From positions 157,102 through 221,101 of the forward strand of contig CBDAOC010000017.1 in assembly GCA_965197925.1 (NCBI GenBank): a stretch of 64,000 bases of DNA, read 5' to 3'. The DNA is from Nitrososphaerales archaeon (GTDB taxonomy: Archaea; Thermoproteota; Nitrososphaeria; Nitrososphaerales; UBA213). Positions 1 to 10,678 of the stretch are shown one piece after another. The notes beneath the pieces are model-generated. The model was not told the DNA's origin. It saw nothing but the letters and a program-made list of their open reading frames with translations, and ran no database searches. Position numbers and translations under genes: made by a program. Each line of letters starts with the position of its first letter. The first letter of the stretch is position 1.

Positions 1-60
1 CCAATGAAAATTGGAACCTGATCTTATCGTTTCGACCGGCTTAATTATGCCCAAGCCTCA
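1..60 (-). mobile_element. Left end of a DDE_Tnp_1-type IS (same family as 9604-10678); rest lies upstream of the window
   Basis: Near-identical to 24048-24107 and reverse-complement similar to 9604-9660, which precedes the transposase ATG at 9665. Confidence 0.8.
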
Positions 61-233
61 ATTATATATTTGTCATACTCTAACATTCTTTTGCACTCTC
101 CCTGGAAAAATAAGTTTGAAGTATTTGGTTTGTGTTAGGCTGTCCAACAACATGTGTATCCTTAGTTATAGAAAATCTGTCTTCTTTGTTCATTCCAGCT
201 TATATTGTAGCCACACACCTAATAGAATGATAA

Positions 234-1080
234 ATGAATGGATTTTCCCGTTCAAAAGACAGTCGGACTGTAGGAATACAGGCAATCCTAGAGAAAACTA
301 GGGTATGGATTGCGATAGTAATGTCTTTAATAATATTGATGCCCCTATCAACCTCATTAATATTTGCAGAGCCATTATATGATGTGATAGAGCTGAGCAC
401 CATCGATGGTAACGATAGGATCACTAGCTACTCTGATACTATATTGATAAAAAAACAATGGTAATTCTGCCCTGCATAGTGTACGCTTATTCCTCTCTCC
501 GGATATAGCAAGAAGTTTCCATCTTGAAAGTAATTCAATCAAGTCTATAGAACCAAACGGTACAGCAACAGTTGATATACAACTGTTTGGAAATCCAAAT
601 AGGGATATTTATGGCGAGGTGATGCCTTACAATGGCATCATTACTGTAATGGCACCCAATCACAATCCCGTTTTTCTTCCAGTGGAGACTGAATCCTTAG
701 ACTCTTACCATCATCTATCCTTCATGGAGAAGGTAGCTGATTTGGAAAGGCAGCGTTCTAGGTTACCATTGATTAGTACTGTACTGAAAACTGGTCCTGT
801 AAAGAAATCTGATGTAGAAGTAAGAACAGGGTTGGGCTCTAGAGAGATCAACTCAGCCTCAGGTGAAATTATGATAAAGAATACAAGTGATAGAGCACTG
901 AACAATGTACGAATAATGTCATCAACACTTAGCAATGTATTCCTCCTAGATAAATCCAATATAGCAAAAATTTAACCTAATGGAGAAATATCCATACAAT
1001 TGATACCAAAGATAGACGCTGGTAAGTATGCAAGTGGATACTCTGGGGAAGTGATCATAGCACCAGAAGAAATACCTTTA
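234..1080 (+). pseudogene. Fragmented secreted/surface protein
   Basis: Signal-peptide-like ORF 234-464 and ORF 619-975 with an internally repeated motif (YGEVMPYNGIITV / YSGEVII); stops and frameshifts between the pieces. Confidence 0.45.
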
Positions 1081-1217
1081 CCGTAAGTACATTGGTAGAA
1101 GGATGGGAGACGTTCGTACAGGTAAACGAAAATTAGTCATTACAATTGTACTAGAGGAAAGACTAATGTAGAATTTATCCCTAAAGTTTAATTGCTGGTT
1201 TTCAGTTAGCTGCTCGA

Positions 1218-2048
1218 ATGTCTGAAGATATACCAAAGAAGGAAGCCGAATCTCCTGACTATACACGAAAGGAAGCTTTAATGCCAGAGGGTATGACAAT
1301 GAAAAAATCCACTTTTAAAAAATTCTTAATTGGATTGGTAGCTGCATTGGTGATCTCTGCTTTTTTGGGAGGGTTTCTTGTAGGCGGCGGAGAAATAGGA
1401 ATCTCTCCACCAGAACCTCTTCAACCGGCACAACAAGCACAACCTGCTCAACCTACTGAACGAATAGAACCCATTGAAGCAGAAAGAATTTTGGTTTCTT
1501 TGGGTGACGACCCTGTCAAGGGAGATTTAGAAGCACCGGTAACAATTGTGGAATTCTCTGATTATCAGTGCCCATTCTGTTCACGATTCTTTAGGAATAC
1601 ATTGCCCCAAATACAGCAAGATTATATTGATACGGGGAAGGTAAAGTTAGTCTATAGGGATTTTCCTTTGGATAGTATACATCCAAATGCCATACCAGCG
1701 GCCATGGCTTCAGAATGTGCGCATGAACAGGGGGAGTTTTGGAGTTATCATGACAAATTATTTGGCAGTCAACAAGAATGGGCATCTTTAAGCAAAAACG
1801 AAGTAAGTAACTCGTTCAAAGATTTCGCGATTGAATTGGGACTAGATTCAGAACAGTGGAGTTCTTGCTATGATTCTGGAAAGTATCTTGATGAAATACT
1901 TGATGATTATCAGGAAGGAATAGAATATGGTACTAGAGGAACTCCAGGATTCTTTATAGGTAATGAAGAAGATGGATCTGTAAGAATTGCTGGAGCGCAA
2001 CCTTATTCCGTTTTCCAGCAGATTATTGATATAGAGCTAGCAGGCTGA
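1218..2048 (+). CDS. Membrane-anchored DsbA/BdbD-family thioredoxin-fold oxidoreductase
   Basis: N-terminal TM helix; EFSDYQCPFC, YRDFPL and GTP cis-Pro motifs. Confidence 0.9.
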   Translation: MSEDIPKKEAESPDYTRKEALMPEGMTMKKSTFKKFLIGLVAALVISAFLGGFLVGGGEIGISPPEPLQPAQQAQPAQPTERIEPIEAERILVSLGDDPVKGDLEAPVTIVEFSDYQCPFCSRFFRNTLPQIQQDYIDTGKVKLVYRDFPLDSIHPNAIPAAMASECAHEQGEFWSYHDKLFGSQQEWASLSKNEVSNSFKDFAIELGLDSEQWSSCYDSGKYLDEILDDYQEGIEYGTRGTPGFFIGNEEDGSVRIAGAQPYSVFQQIIDIELAG

Positions 2049-2106
2049 ATTTGATTATATTCCCACAATAGGTCCAAGATTTCCTTTGAAGGCTAAAAAT
2101 GTTAAG

Positions 2107-2980
2107 CAACTCATCTCAAAACCCTACAATACGTCAAAAATGATGCAGGATTAACAAATGCCAGATAGTTTTCTGCCGTTCTTTCATACCTGGTTCTTGT
2201 TCTGTGAAATCCATTCTTGAGCCATGCAAGGAATCTCTCAACTACAAATCTTGTCTTGTTGTAATGTTTGCAATCATTATTTTGCAAGATGAACTTGGAA
2301 TTTATTTTGTATGGGATGCAACATGCAATATTTCTATCCCACAAATACATTCTGATGTATTTTGCATCATTTTGTCTGCATAAACTGGTTCTATCTGTTG
2401 TATTGAATCATCATCAAGATAGTCTGAAATTGATCCTGTAGCATCCATGCATTTTGTACTGTCATGTTCATTTGCCGGACTCAGCAGTATGGATATTGGA
2501 AATCCGTTACCCTCTACTGCGGCATGTATTTTTGTACCTGTTATTCTCTTGAATCCATTATATCCAGTTACATTGCCCCTTTTTTATCAGGAATGGATGA
2601 AGAGTCAACTGATATTTTTTGTAGATTAATTTTGCCAGATTTATGTGCTGAGTGAATAGTACGTGATAGAATATTTTTCCAGATTCCTTTTTGTTGCCAT
2701 TTGTTTAACCTTCTGTTTGCAGTAGAATCATCACCATATCTTTTTGGCATATCGTCCCATCGGCATCCAGTAGTTAGAACATGGATTATTCCGTTAATGA
2801 TTTTTCTATCATCATCTCTAGGCCTGCCAGTTTTTGCATGTGGTGGTATGTGTGATTCTATCATACTCCACTGTTTGTCTGATAATTCTTGGAATTTCAT
2901 AAAATAATTTTAGATGTCGCTATTCATGGATCTAAATGGTCGCTAAAAATTGTCTAAATGGTTAGTTTTGAGATGAGTTG
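2107..2980 (-). mobile_element. IS5-family (IS427-like) element, copy 1, 874 bp; orfA 2568-2900, orfB frameshifted
   Basis: 16-bp TIRs caactcatctcaaaac/gttttgagatgagttg; TGCRW and VVERFLAWL motifs; AAAAAAGGGG slippery site; near-identical copy at 42535-43408. Confidence 0.92.
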
Positions 2981-3250
2981 AGATAATTCATCTCTAAAAA
3001 TGGGGCGATATCGTTGGTTGTCATCGTTCCGCACACTCGCAAAATCAATATCGGTTCCTTCAACTAAAAGACGACCTTCACATTTTTCTGCATATTTTTC
3101 ACCATCAACCTTCTTAACTTGAAGAGAATGGACGGATTCAACTTGAATTATTTTCCCAAAATCAAGTTTTGCTTTTGACTTTTCTAGTCTCTTATCTCTG
3201 AGTATTTCCCTAATCAATCCATTGCCTCCAAACAGTACATTTAAGATCAA
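2981..3250 (-). pseudogene. Hypothetical ORF truncated by the IS5 insertion
   Basis: ORF 2954-3250 runs into the IS end and stops inside it. Confidence 0.4.
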
Positions 3251-3818
3251 AGCGATGCCACCAATTGTTGATGAACCTGCCCTGTTGCATAACCATGAAA
3301 TCCATTACCGGATAACGAAACTATTCTGTCATTGCGGTGCGAATCCCCGGACTGCATTTTCAATTATCCAGCCATGAGGCAAAAAATTGCAGAATTTTAG
3401 TTGTGCAACAAATAAACCAATTGGTCAAAACCTGAATTGGCCAGGGAAATAAAGAAGCTGGAAAATTCTAAAAAAATACGGATTGTCTCCTCCGTCAGGG
3501 GTCTGGCCATTCCTTCCCATTGACGGATAGTTTTATTCCAGGTACATCCGCCCTAGGTTCCTGAATTTAAGGAGCAAGGCGTAATTCAATTTAAGAATGA
3601 ACATGTTGCAATCTTTTCATCCTTCCGGCAATGCATTCATCATTCCGACCTCCGTTTTGGAGTGCGAGGAATGCAAGAAATACCGGTTTGGAGTAATTGC
3701 ATGCCCGTACCAATAACACCAGCGATTAAATTTAACTCCATGATATTTTACATTATTCCAGAAAATTCTAGACCAATTGTTCATTATGTTTAAATAAAAC
3801 TCCAAGAATCGGAAATTA

Positions 3819-4361
3819 ATGAACAAACTGGCAATACCAGGCATATTGGCAGCAACGCTATTGATAGCAGGGATATTCGCCTTGATGCCGGTAGAGAGGG
3901 CAAGCACGGTGCACACAGGTCTAGAAGCTAAGATAGACACTTTACAAGAAGAATTAGAAAGTAAAATTATCTCATTGAGTGTATTAGAACACACTGATGA
4001 GGATCAGGACGACGGAGACAGGTACGTGATAGACTGTACTACAGGCTTTGTAGTAACTAAAGTCATTGTTAGTATGAAGGGAACTCTAAATGAGAACTCC
4101 CTCCATGTCTTAGTTGGAGAGAACAGAATTAATGAAGAGGATGAGGATATTGTATTTAATTCTCCAAATAAAGTAATAAGTTATGCTCCAAACTCTACTG
4201 GAGTAATATATCCAGAGAATATTGTAGCGCCGGCCACCGATGACGTAATACTAGCCGCTAGTGAAACAAATGATGACGATGACGAAAAAGCAGTCATATT
4301 ACTTGCCGTTCAAGCGTCAAGCGGTGGAACTTGTACGCTAAGAGAAACAACAACTGGGTGA
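3819..4361 (+). CDS. Thaumarchaeal secreted protein of the MNKLxIP...ASTVH family
   Basis: Characteristic N-terminal signal, coiled segment and acidic beta-rich domain; TTAAATAA ~30 nt upstream. Confidence 0.75.
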   Translation: MNKLAIPGILAATLLIAGIFALMPVERASTVHTGLEAKIDTLQEELESKIISLSVLEHTDEDQDDGDRYVIDCTTGFVVTKVIVSMKGTLNENSLHVLVGENRINEEDEDIVFNSPNKVISYAPNSTGVIYPENIVAPATDDVILAASETNDDDDEKAVILLAVQASSGGTCTLRETTTG

Positions 4362-4605
4362 AACAACAATTGGATTAGTTACTCCACTAACAGGAGACTT
4401 TTTATGGCGAAGAAAATTGGGAGAGCTCCAAGTAGGAGTAGTTGATTTTAATAAACATCTCGAGGAGATGGGAGCTCCACGGCATCTCGTAGTAATGGTT
4501 ACCATGCAAACGCCAATAACTGCAGACTGCTCGTTAGTAGGGTATGTAAACCCCGGCAGTATACGGTGGTTTTGTCCGTCAGTAGACCCCGGTGGTATTT
4601 ACTAG
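4360..4605 (+). pseudogene. Orphan C-terminal segment out of frame with 3819-4361
   Basis: Open frame from 4360 begins with a repeat of the upstream gene's last codons; followed by a terminator. Confidence 0.45.
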
Positions 4606-4607
4606 GA

Positions 4608-4636
4608 TTATCCTTAGGCAGGATACCCTTTTTTTA
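4608..4636 (+). terminator. Hairpin plus T-tract
   Basis: tatcct-taggc-aggata followed by a T-run. Confidence 0.5.
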
Positions 4637-4781
4637 TTTATGCAACTTGGTTTGAACTCTGCTTGATCAGGCCGCCCATCTACTGAATATCACTAGAGGG
4701 CCACTAGACACATTTCCTAATATGTTACTGATCATTGGTAACAATATGCTAAATGATCTTCCCCAATATTCCTTTATTGGT

Positions 4782-5130
4782 TTACCTGCTTTTTCCAAGC
4801 ATCCTAGAGCCTGTCCGAAAATCCTGTTCCAGAACCAGTTCTATATACTCAGATTTGTCTAATGGAACCTCATTATTTTTTGCATATACAATAAAGCGAT
4901 CGATAATTTTCCATGTTTTTGTCAAAATATTATCTCTTGCAGCTGCACTAACAAAAGGAGACTTCCCATGGCGTATATTATCTGCAAGCGGCTTGATACC
5001 TATCTTAATATAGTCTTCAGAAATATTTAGCGCAGAACGGAATTCATCCCATGCCTTATTTTTATCATGTTTATTGAAATATTGCATTAGAGATTCAATT
5101 GCACGATAGCAGAAAAATGGTGTGTCTTTA
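4782..5130 (-). pseudogene. 3' fragment of a hypothetical protein
   Basis: Open frame whose 5' part is replaced by sulfatase sequence. Confidence 0.4.
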
Positions 5131-5134
5131 GGGA

Positions 5135-5269
5135 GACAAAAAAGATTATGTTCGGTGTGCCCTCCTTGGCCCGAACTGGAGCCGGCCAAGCTGGTGAGGA
5201 CTCGTCTACAGTACGCCCTATTTTACCGGGAAAAGCCTCACCTTGATTGTACTCCACCAATTCTGTCAA
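5135..5269 (-). pseudogene. N-terminal fragment of an arylsulfatase
   Basis: FPGKIGRTVDESSPAWP...GTPNIIFFV matches an arylsulfatase N-terminus; breaks just before the expected DD motif. Confidence 0.7.
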
Positions 5270-5460
5270 TATCTTATTCGAAGAGATGTGAAAAGTTCCT
5301 ATTATAATTTTGGTTCGAACATTAACTGGTGCCTAACCAAAAAGGAAGAGGATGGTACTGAATCACCTAATACTGATCAAACACAAATTATCATTGACAT
5401 GTCAAAATAATAAAATAAAAAAAGTTAGTGGTTTTCAAAGACCTATCTTGATTTTCACTA

Positions 5461-6975
5461 CTACTGAGGTGTCGTGCTTGCGGCTCTTGGAATTTCTACT
5501 ATAAATGGACAGTTAACCACGTGCTTCCCATCCATTGCCAGCTCCACTATTATGTTGTCCTTGTGTGATGTTATTCCATCCATCGTTGTTATTAGCCCTG
5601 GCTTAGCTGCATCATTCCATGTTATGAAGGAGATTCTCCACATTGGACTGTAATTTTCGTCTCCAACATCTGCAGCCCCTATACCCGGTTGGAAGCCCAT
5701 GGGTCCTGATCCTTCAACACCATTGGTAAATTGGAACAGATCCACAGCTGCTGGTGATAGCGCCAAAGCCTCAGTCTTGGGTGCATATACAACACCCATC
5801 ATATCCGCAGGGCCTTTTGGCGTAGCATCTGTCACAATGTAATAAATGGTCTGACCGTCGGAACCAAAGCCTCTATGTGCGATGAATGTAGCAAATCTAT
5901 TGTTCTGAGCAATCTGCAATATTTGTCCTCCACCATAGGGTGTGTGATCCAGAGAGGTCTTTGCAGGCTCCTTTACCATCATCTGTCCTCCAGGCCATTT
6001 GATCATAGGCAAATTAAGGACTATATTTGTCTCTGTTAGTTCAAGTGTTCCAGCTGATACACCTGCCATTATTTCTCCTACGGACATCAAAGGTGTTTGA
6101 GAAGGTGCCCCAGTCCATCTGACCTCCACAAGCTTTCTTAGCGGACTATAATCTGCAGTTTGATTAGGTGTAGAATCAAACACAGCCGTTTGACCACCCA
6201 TTATACCGGGACCAATTTCTATTGCCTTCGGGAAGATGTATACATTTGCCGTTGCTTCAACAGGAGCATCCGCCAATACAGGTGCATGCACAGCCTTGAA
6301 ACCAGTCGCAGCTTCTATTCTGTCTCTAACATCCACGTCTGAAGTTTCTGTTGCAATGAAATAAACCTTCGATGAATTGTACCAACCTTGGATCATTGGG
6401 ATCTTTAGAGGTACGTTAAGTCTATCGAGGTCCACCTTGCCTGCAATAACCCTTGCTCCAGGAGCGGGAGGCATCTCGGTTGGAAGTTCACCCTTTGCAG
6501 TGCCGAACGGTTCTGCAAGCTGAACTCCGCCAATGGTTGTACTTGGACTAGGATTAATATCGTCCTTGGGTTCTTCCGTTATAACTAGCATATCGTAAAT
6601 CGCTGGATTTACCATTCTTTGAGAAAAGATTAGCATATTCTTCTCATTGAATTGTCCTGTGCTCAATTTGTATCCACTCTCCGAATCAACAAGCCAGCCT
6701 TCCAGTACTTTGTCAGTCATCATCTTTGGCCCAGATAATTTGACAATGAATGTTACTCTGTTGTCGTCTTTTAGTCTTATCTTGAAGGTGCCTAGATTAT
6801 CTCCACCAAATGGTTTGTCTGCTGCAGCAGCAGTCAAATAGCCCTTGATGTAAACTGTTGCCTTCATCATAGTCGTCTTTGCTTCCATACCTGCATCAGC
6901 TTGGTATAGAGTTAATGGAGATGTCAATAGCGTAAGAGCCATAGTAGCCATAAGTAGCCCAGTTAGTTTCTTCAT
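5461..6975 (-). CDS. Secreted protein: RskA-like N-terminal domain plus two DUF7482-type domains
   Basis: Signal peptide; VLEGWLVD...VITEEP; two repeats YFIATE...YSPLR...NLP and YYIVTDA...YSPMWR...VNCP. Confidence 0.75.
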   Translation of the reverse strand: MKKLTGLLMATMALTLLTSPLTLYQADAGMEAKTTMMKATVYIKGYLTAAAADKPFGGDNLGTFKIRLKDDNRVTFIVKLSGPKMMTDKVLEGWLVDSESGYKLSTGQFNEKNMLIFSQRMVNPAIYDMLVITEEPKDDINPSPSTTIGGVQLAEPFGTAKGELPTEMPPAPGARVIAGKVDLDRLNVPLKIPMIQGWYNSSKVYFIATETSDVDVRDRIEAATGFKAVHAPVLADAPVEATANVYIFPKAIEIGPGIMGGQTAVFDSTPNQTADYSPLRKLVEVRWTGAPSQTPLMSVGEIMAGVSAGTLELTETNIVLNLPMIKWPGGQMMVKEPAKTSLDHTPYGGGQILQIAQNNRFATFIAHRGFGSDGQTIYYIVTDATPKGPADMMGVVYAPKTEALALSPAAVDLFQFTNGVEGSGPMGFQPGIGAADVGDENYSPMWRISFITWNDAAKPGLITTMDGITSHKDNIIVELAMDGKHVVNCPFIVEIPRAASTTPQ

Positions 6976-7002
6976 TGAATTGCGGGAGATTCATGCTTTA
7001 TT

Positions 7003-7578
7003 TAACCTTAATCCCTGATTAATTATTATATGGGTAGGTTGGGCGCCAGAATTCTCGTTATATAACCTACAAAATACTCCAATTAAAGATTGGATGTATT
7101 GAGATTACTACATGTTCGGGATTAGCATGAGCCGCGGTTATTCTCGGTATTATACTAGCTCCAACCTCAATGGATCAGTATGCAGAGGCCAAGAATAGGG
7201 ACCTCAAAAGATTTTCCGTTACAGAGCAGTCTTAATTGATAACCTTAATCCCTCAATTAGCATTATCTATACAGGTAGGTTATGGCGCCAGAATTCTCGT
7301 TATATAACCTACACGATAAATACATGTTTGTTCCAGTTACTTGCAGGTGGCTAAAGAGTTGGACTGCACATGTATTCTGTCAGGTGCAATAAAATCTGAG
7401 ATTACAACTGCAGAATATATTCCTAATGTTCATGATGGATTAGCATGATTGCCGCGGCAAATTCTCGGTATTATACTATCTCCAACAAATTACATCAGTT
7501 TATCAATGGATCAGTATGCAGAGGCCAAGAATAGGGACCTCAAAAGATTTTCCGTTACAGAGCAGTCTTAATTGATAT
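7003..7578. repeat. Degenerate tandem duplication (units ~7003-7240 and ~7241-7578)
   Basis: Shared blocks ggcgccagaattctcgttatataacctaca and tcaatggatcagtatgcagagg...cttaattgata. Confidence 0.85.
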
Positions 7579-7592
7579 AATATCAAAGCAAT

Positions 7593-8396
7593 CTAACAGG
7601 AGTTTATAGAAAAACTTGTTTTGGTCTGTGCCGAGGGAGTGCCCCTGGAAACCTCTGAGAAAACGGAAATAATTAATTCGTTGCTGGATGGGGGAGAGTT
7701 GTTCGTAGAAATTTCCAAGGAATATTCATTACTTCTATCTGGTCCAATCGATTCTAGCTCCAGTGTGGTGGGTGCGATGCTTATGCTATAGTGTGAGTTG
7801 CTCAGTGTTATTGATGCTGACAAATTGTTATAGTATACATTGGCACTCTTGTTGTGAACTTTGAATGCTAGAACAGTACTATCGGTGATACAAAGTGAAT
7901 TTTTACCCATAATTAGATTCACGGCTCCCCTCCCTACATCACCAAAACCGCGTGGCAACTCAAGTTGCCTACCCCAACCCAAATCAGTTATCTCTACATC
8001 AGGTAGTATTGTATAGTCTACTGTTTTAGAGGAAGTTTCTCTATTTACAAACCCACTGGAATATTTGAGACGAACTTTGGTTTGATACACCCCGTCATCA
8101 ATATCTGGAGCAGGGTGGGTGATTTTTAATGATGCCGAATCTCCTTCACTCAATATGAATAACGAATTACTACTTGTTGGAATATCGTCAAATTCAGTTT
8201 CCGCACTGATGTTCCAAACTGTGGATCCTTGATTAACGACTTTTATGTTTATGATTATATCCTCTCCAGGTTTCGCCGGAAGAGCATGCGCCGAAAATTG
8301 TAAATTGGAAGTTGAGAAACCAAGCGGAAATACTACAAAGGCAATTACCAGTATTGGTATCGGAACAATAATTGCCAACTTCTTTTTCTTACTCAC
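7593..8396 (-). CDS. Membrane-anchored Ig-like/CARDB-like surface protein
   Basis: KKKK plus TM helix; two beta-sandwich-like repeats (VVNQG; VHNKS). Confidence 0.6.
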   Translation of the reverse strand: MSKKKKLAIIVPIPILVIAFVVFPLGFSTSNLQFSAHALPAKPGEDIIINIKVVNQGSTVWNISAETEFDDIPTSSNSLFILSEGDSASLKITHPAPDIDDGVYQTKVRLKYSSGFVNRETSSKTVDYTILPDVEITDLGWGRQLELPRGFGDVGRGAVNLIMGKNSLCITDSTVLAFKVHNKSANVYYNNLSASITLSNSHYSISIAPTTLELESIGPDRSNEYSLEISTNNSPPSSNELIISVFSEVSRGTPSAQTKTSFSINSC

Positions 8397-8975
8397 AAGT
8401 AGACAATAAAAGAACTACCTCCTTATAGATATAGTCTTAGAATAGCGTAACAAGTAATATAACAATATCAAGTATCGACTATTGGTCAGAGTTTCTGAGT
8501 GTATAAATCCATTATAGTTACATTTGAAAGAACCTACCAGAATACTCTGTAATTGTTTATCCTGATTCAAGAATAATTTAGATGAACTCATTGATTGTTT
8601 GAAATACTCACCCTTGACGGTTCAGGAATTAATTTAACTATTTTAGGTAAACCTTATGATTTGCCAAGCGTAACAATGGTTGTGGTGTTTATTACAACAA
8701 CCACATATTGGAGGCGGGATGATGCATTACCTGCAGCATCTTCTCCAATTAGATCTGAGGCAGACCCATAGTCCATGCTGTCGGCTTTAGTGGAGAGTGA
8801 TTATACCCTCTCCACTTGAGCCCAAATTGAATCTACTAAGAATTAGTTCGAACATACAACTACAAATATCATATTTATTATCAATCTTCGATAATGAACT
8901 TGTTTCTTTAACGATCTAATATTCCCCCAAACCATTTCACATAAAGAATAAGAATTTCGAAAACAAATCAATCAT

Positions 8976-9191
8976 ATGCAAAAAATAGATACTACAAAGA
9001 TCACTATGTTCACATTGCTAATGTTGGGAACTATCGCTGTAGCGGCACTGGGCTTCCAGGCAAATGCCTTCGCAACACATTCGGACATGTACTTTTATGA
9101 CGAAGTGTTCATCGGGAATTTGCCCTCCCACGTGGACGAAAGCGTTGTAAACGATTACTCAGATCCCTACCCTTATCCAGCATGTATGTGA
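8976..9191 (+). CDS. Small secreted protein
   Basis: Signal peptide ending AFA; followed by hairpin and T-tract. Confidence 0.55.
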   Translation: MQKIDTTKITMFTLLMLGTIAVAALGFQANAFATHSDMYFYDEVFIGNLPSHVDESVVNDYSDPYPYPACM

Positions 9192-9197
9192 GCAAGT

Positions 9198-9251
9198 GGA
9201 TATGTCTCATGTTGAAGAAGCCTCATGAGAATTCTATCCCTTTTTTTTTTT
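9198..9251 (+). terminator. Hairpin plus T11
   Basis: tctcatg...catgaga stem followed by poly-T. Confidence 0.55.
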
Positions 9252-9418
9252 ACCATTCCCATCAATATTATTTTCAGATTAGATTCTTCACCTAATAATA
9301 ATTTGTACGCCGATCACTGACAGTCTGAATCGATATTTTTAAAAGATGATATACATTCCTATAATGATCCAATAAGTGATATTTTATCTTAGTGAATATT
9401 CAATTCCACCCCAAGTGC

Positions 9419-9484
9419 TAGACCATATCTTAGACCATATCTTAGACCATATCTTAGACCATATCTTAGACCATATCTTAGACC
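9419..9484. repeat. 12-bp tandem repeat tagaccatatct x5.5
   Basis: Read directly from sequence. Confidence 0.95.
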
Positions 9485-9603
9485 TTAGATATCTTCTGTT
9501 ACCAATATTGAGTAACACCAAACAATAATACGAATATTTTTTTAACAGTTTGATACTTGTAAATAATCAGACTAGAATTGGTTAGACTGAAAGAAGAATT
9601 AAT

Positions 9604-10678
9604 TGAGGCTTGGGCGTAATTTAGTTCGAAACGATAAGATCAGGTTCCATTTTTCATTGTTGATATGTTTAGCTCAGACTCGATACTTCTTCGTATATTA
9701 TTTTTGATTGACGTGATTCCTTGGTCAAAACCTAATAGGAAAAGGGGTAGACCATTCTACTATTCTCCTACAGTTATGGTGAGATGCTTCATCGTTAGAG
9801 TATGGATAAGAATACCAATGGTAACAATCGTTAGAGTATGCATAAGAATACCAGGCAACAATGCTTTGTTCTTTTTGATAGACATGCCATACAACAGGAA
9901 GGTAATGAAGGCATGTGGTCTTGATAGGTTGCCAGACAGAAGAACATTCGACAGAAGGTCAAGGCCGTATCAATTGACATAAGATCAAGGATAGATGTTA
10001 TGGGTATGCTCTTCATAAAAGATGGGTTGGTAGACCCAGCCATAGTATCCGTTGACAGTTCATTGTTGAAAGCAAAGGGACATGTATAGCATAGATCAAA
10101 CATGAAGAAGAATGAAGTGCCACGCTCCGGTATAGATACAGATGCTCGATGGGGCTACAGCAGAACCAAGGAATGGATATTAGGATACAAACTGCATCTA
10201 GCGTGTAGCACAGGTTCATTGATAGTTCCATTATCAGCTGATTTCACAACAGCTAACATTACTGATAACAAGATGTATGAAAGCATAACATCTTCATTGC
10301 CTACAGGAATGGTAAGGTATGTTGTAGGAGATGAAGGATATGATGATCACAAGTTATGTGATTTCAGCAGGTATAGAGGGCATCTACTGGTACCCATTGG
10401 AAAGGTACAAGCATACTACAGATAATAATAGACTGGCATTGCTGCAGTTCTATAACTCTGAATTTGGGCAGCATGTATATTCTCGGAGGAGCATAAGCGT
10501 TGAGCCATTGATAGAGCATATGAAGGATGTATTTACCATAGATCCATTGCCAGTTAGAGGATTTGATAAGGTAAAGAGTATAGTGTTGTTATCAGTATTG
10601 TTGTATCAGGTAATGGTTTACTACAATCATCTAACAGGAAGACCATTAAGGGCATTGAAGCACATGTTGGGAAGTTAG
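9604..10678 (+). mobile_element. Degraded DDE_Tnp_1 (IS5/IS982-like) element; right end missing
   Basis: PDRRTFDRR, VDSSLL, DARWG...GYKLH, DEGYD and YxxRxxVE motifs over three frames; in-frame TAG at 10087; 36-bp internal duplication at ~9791-9862. Confidence 0.85.

Noticed and set aside
3328..3358. tRNA 3' end (cggtgcgaatccccggactgca)
   Set aside because: T-loop and T-stem imperfect and no 5' half; too short to support
9419..9484. CRISPR array
   Set aside because: Units are 12 bp and contiguous with no spacers; no cas genes in the window
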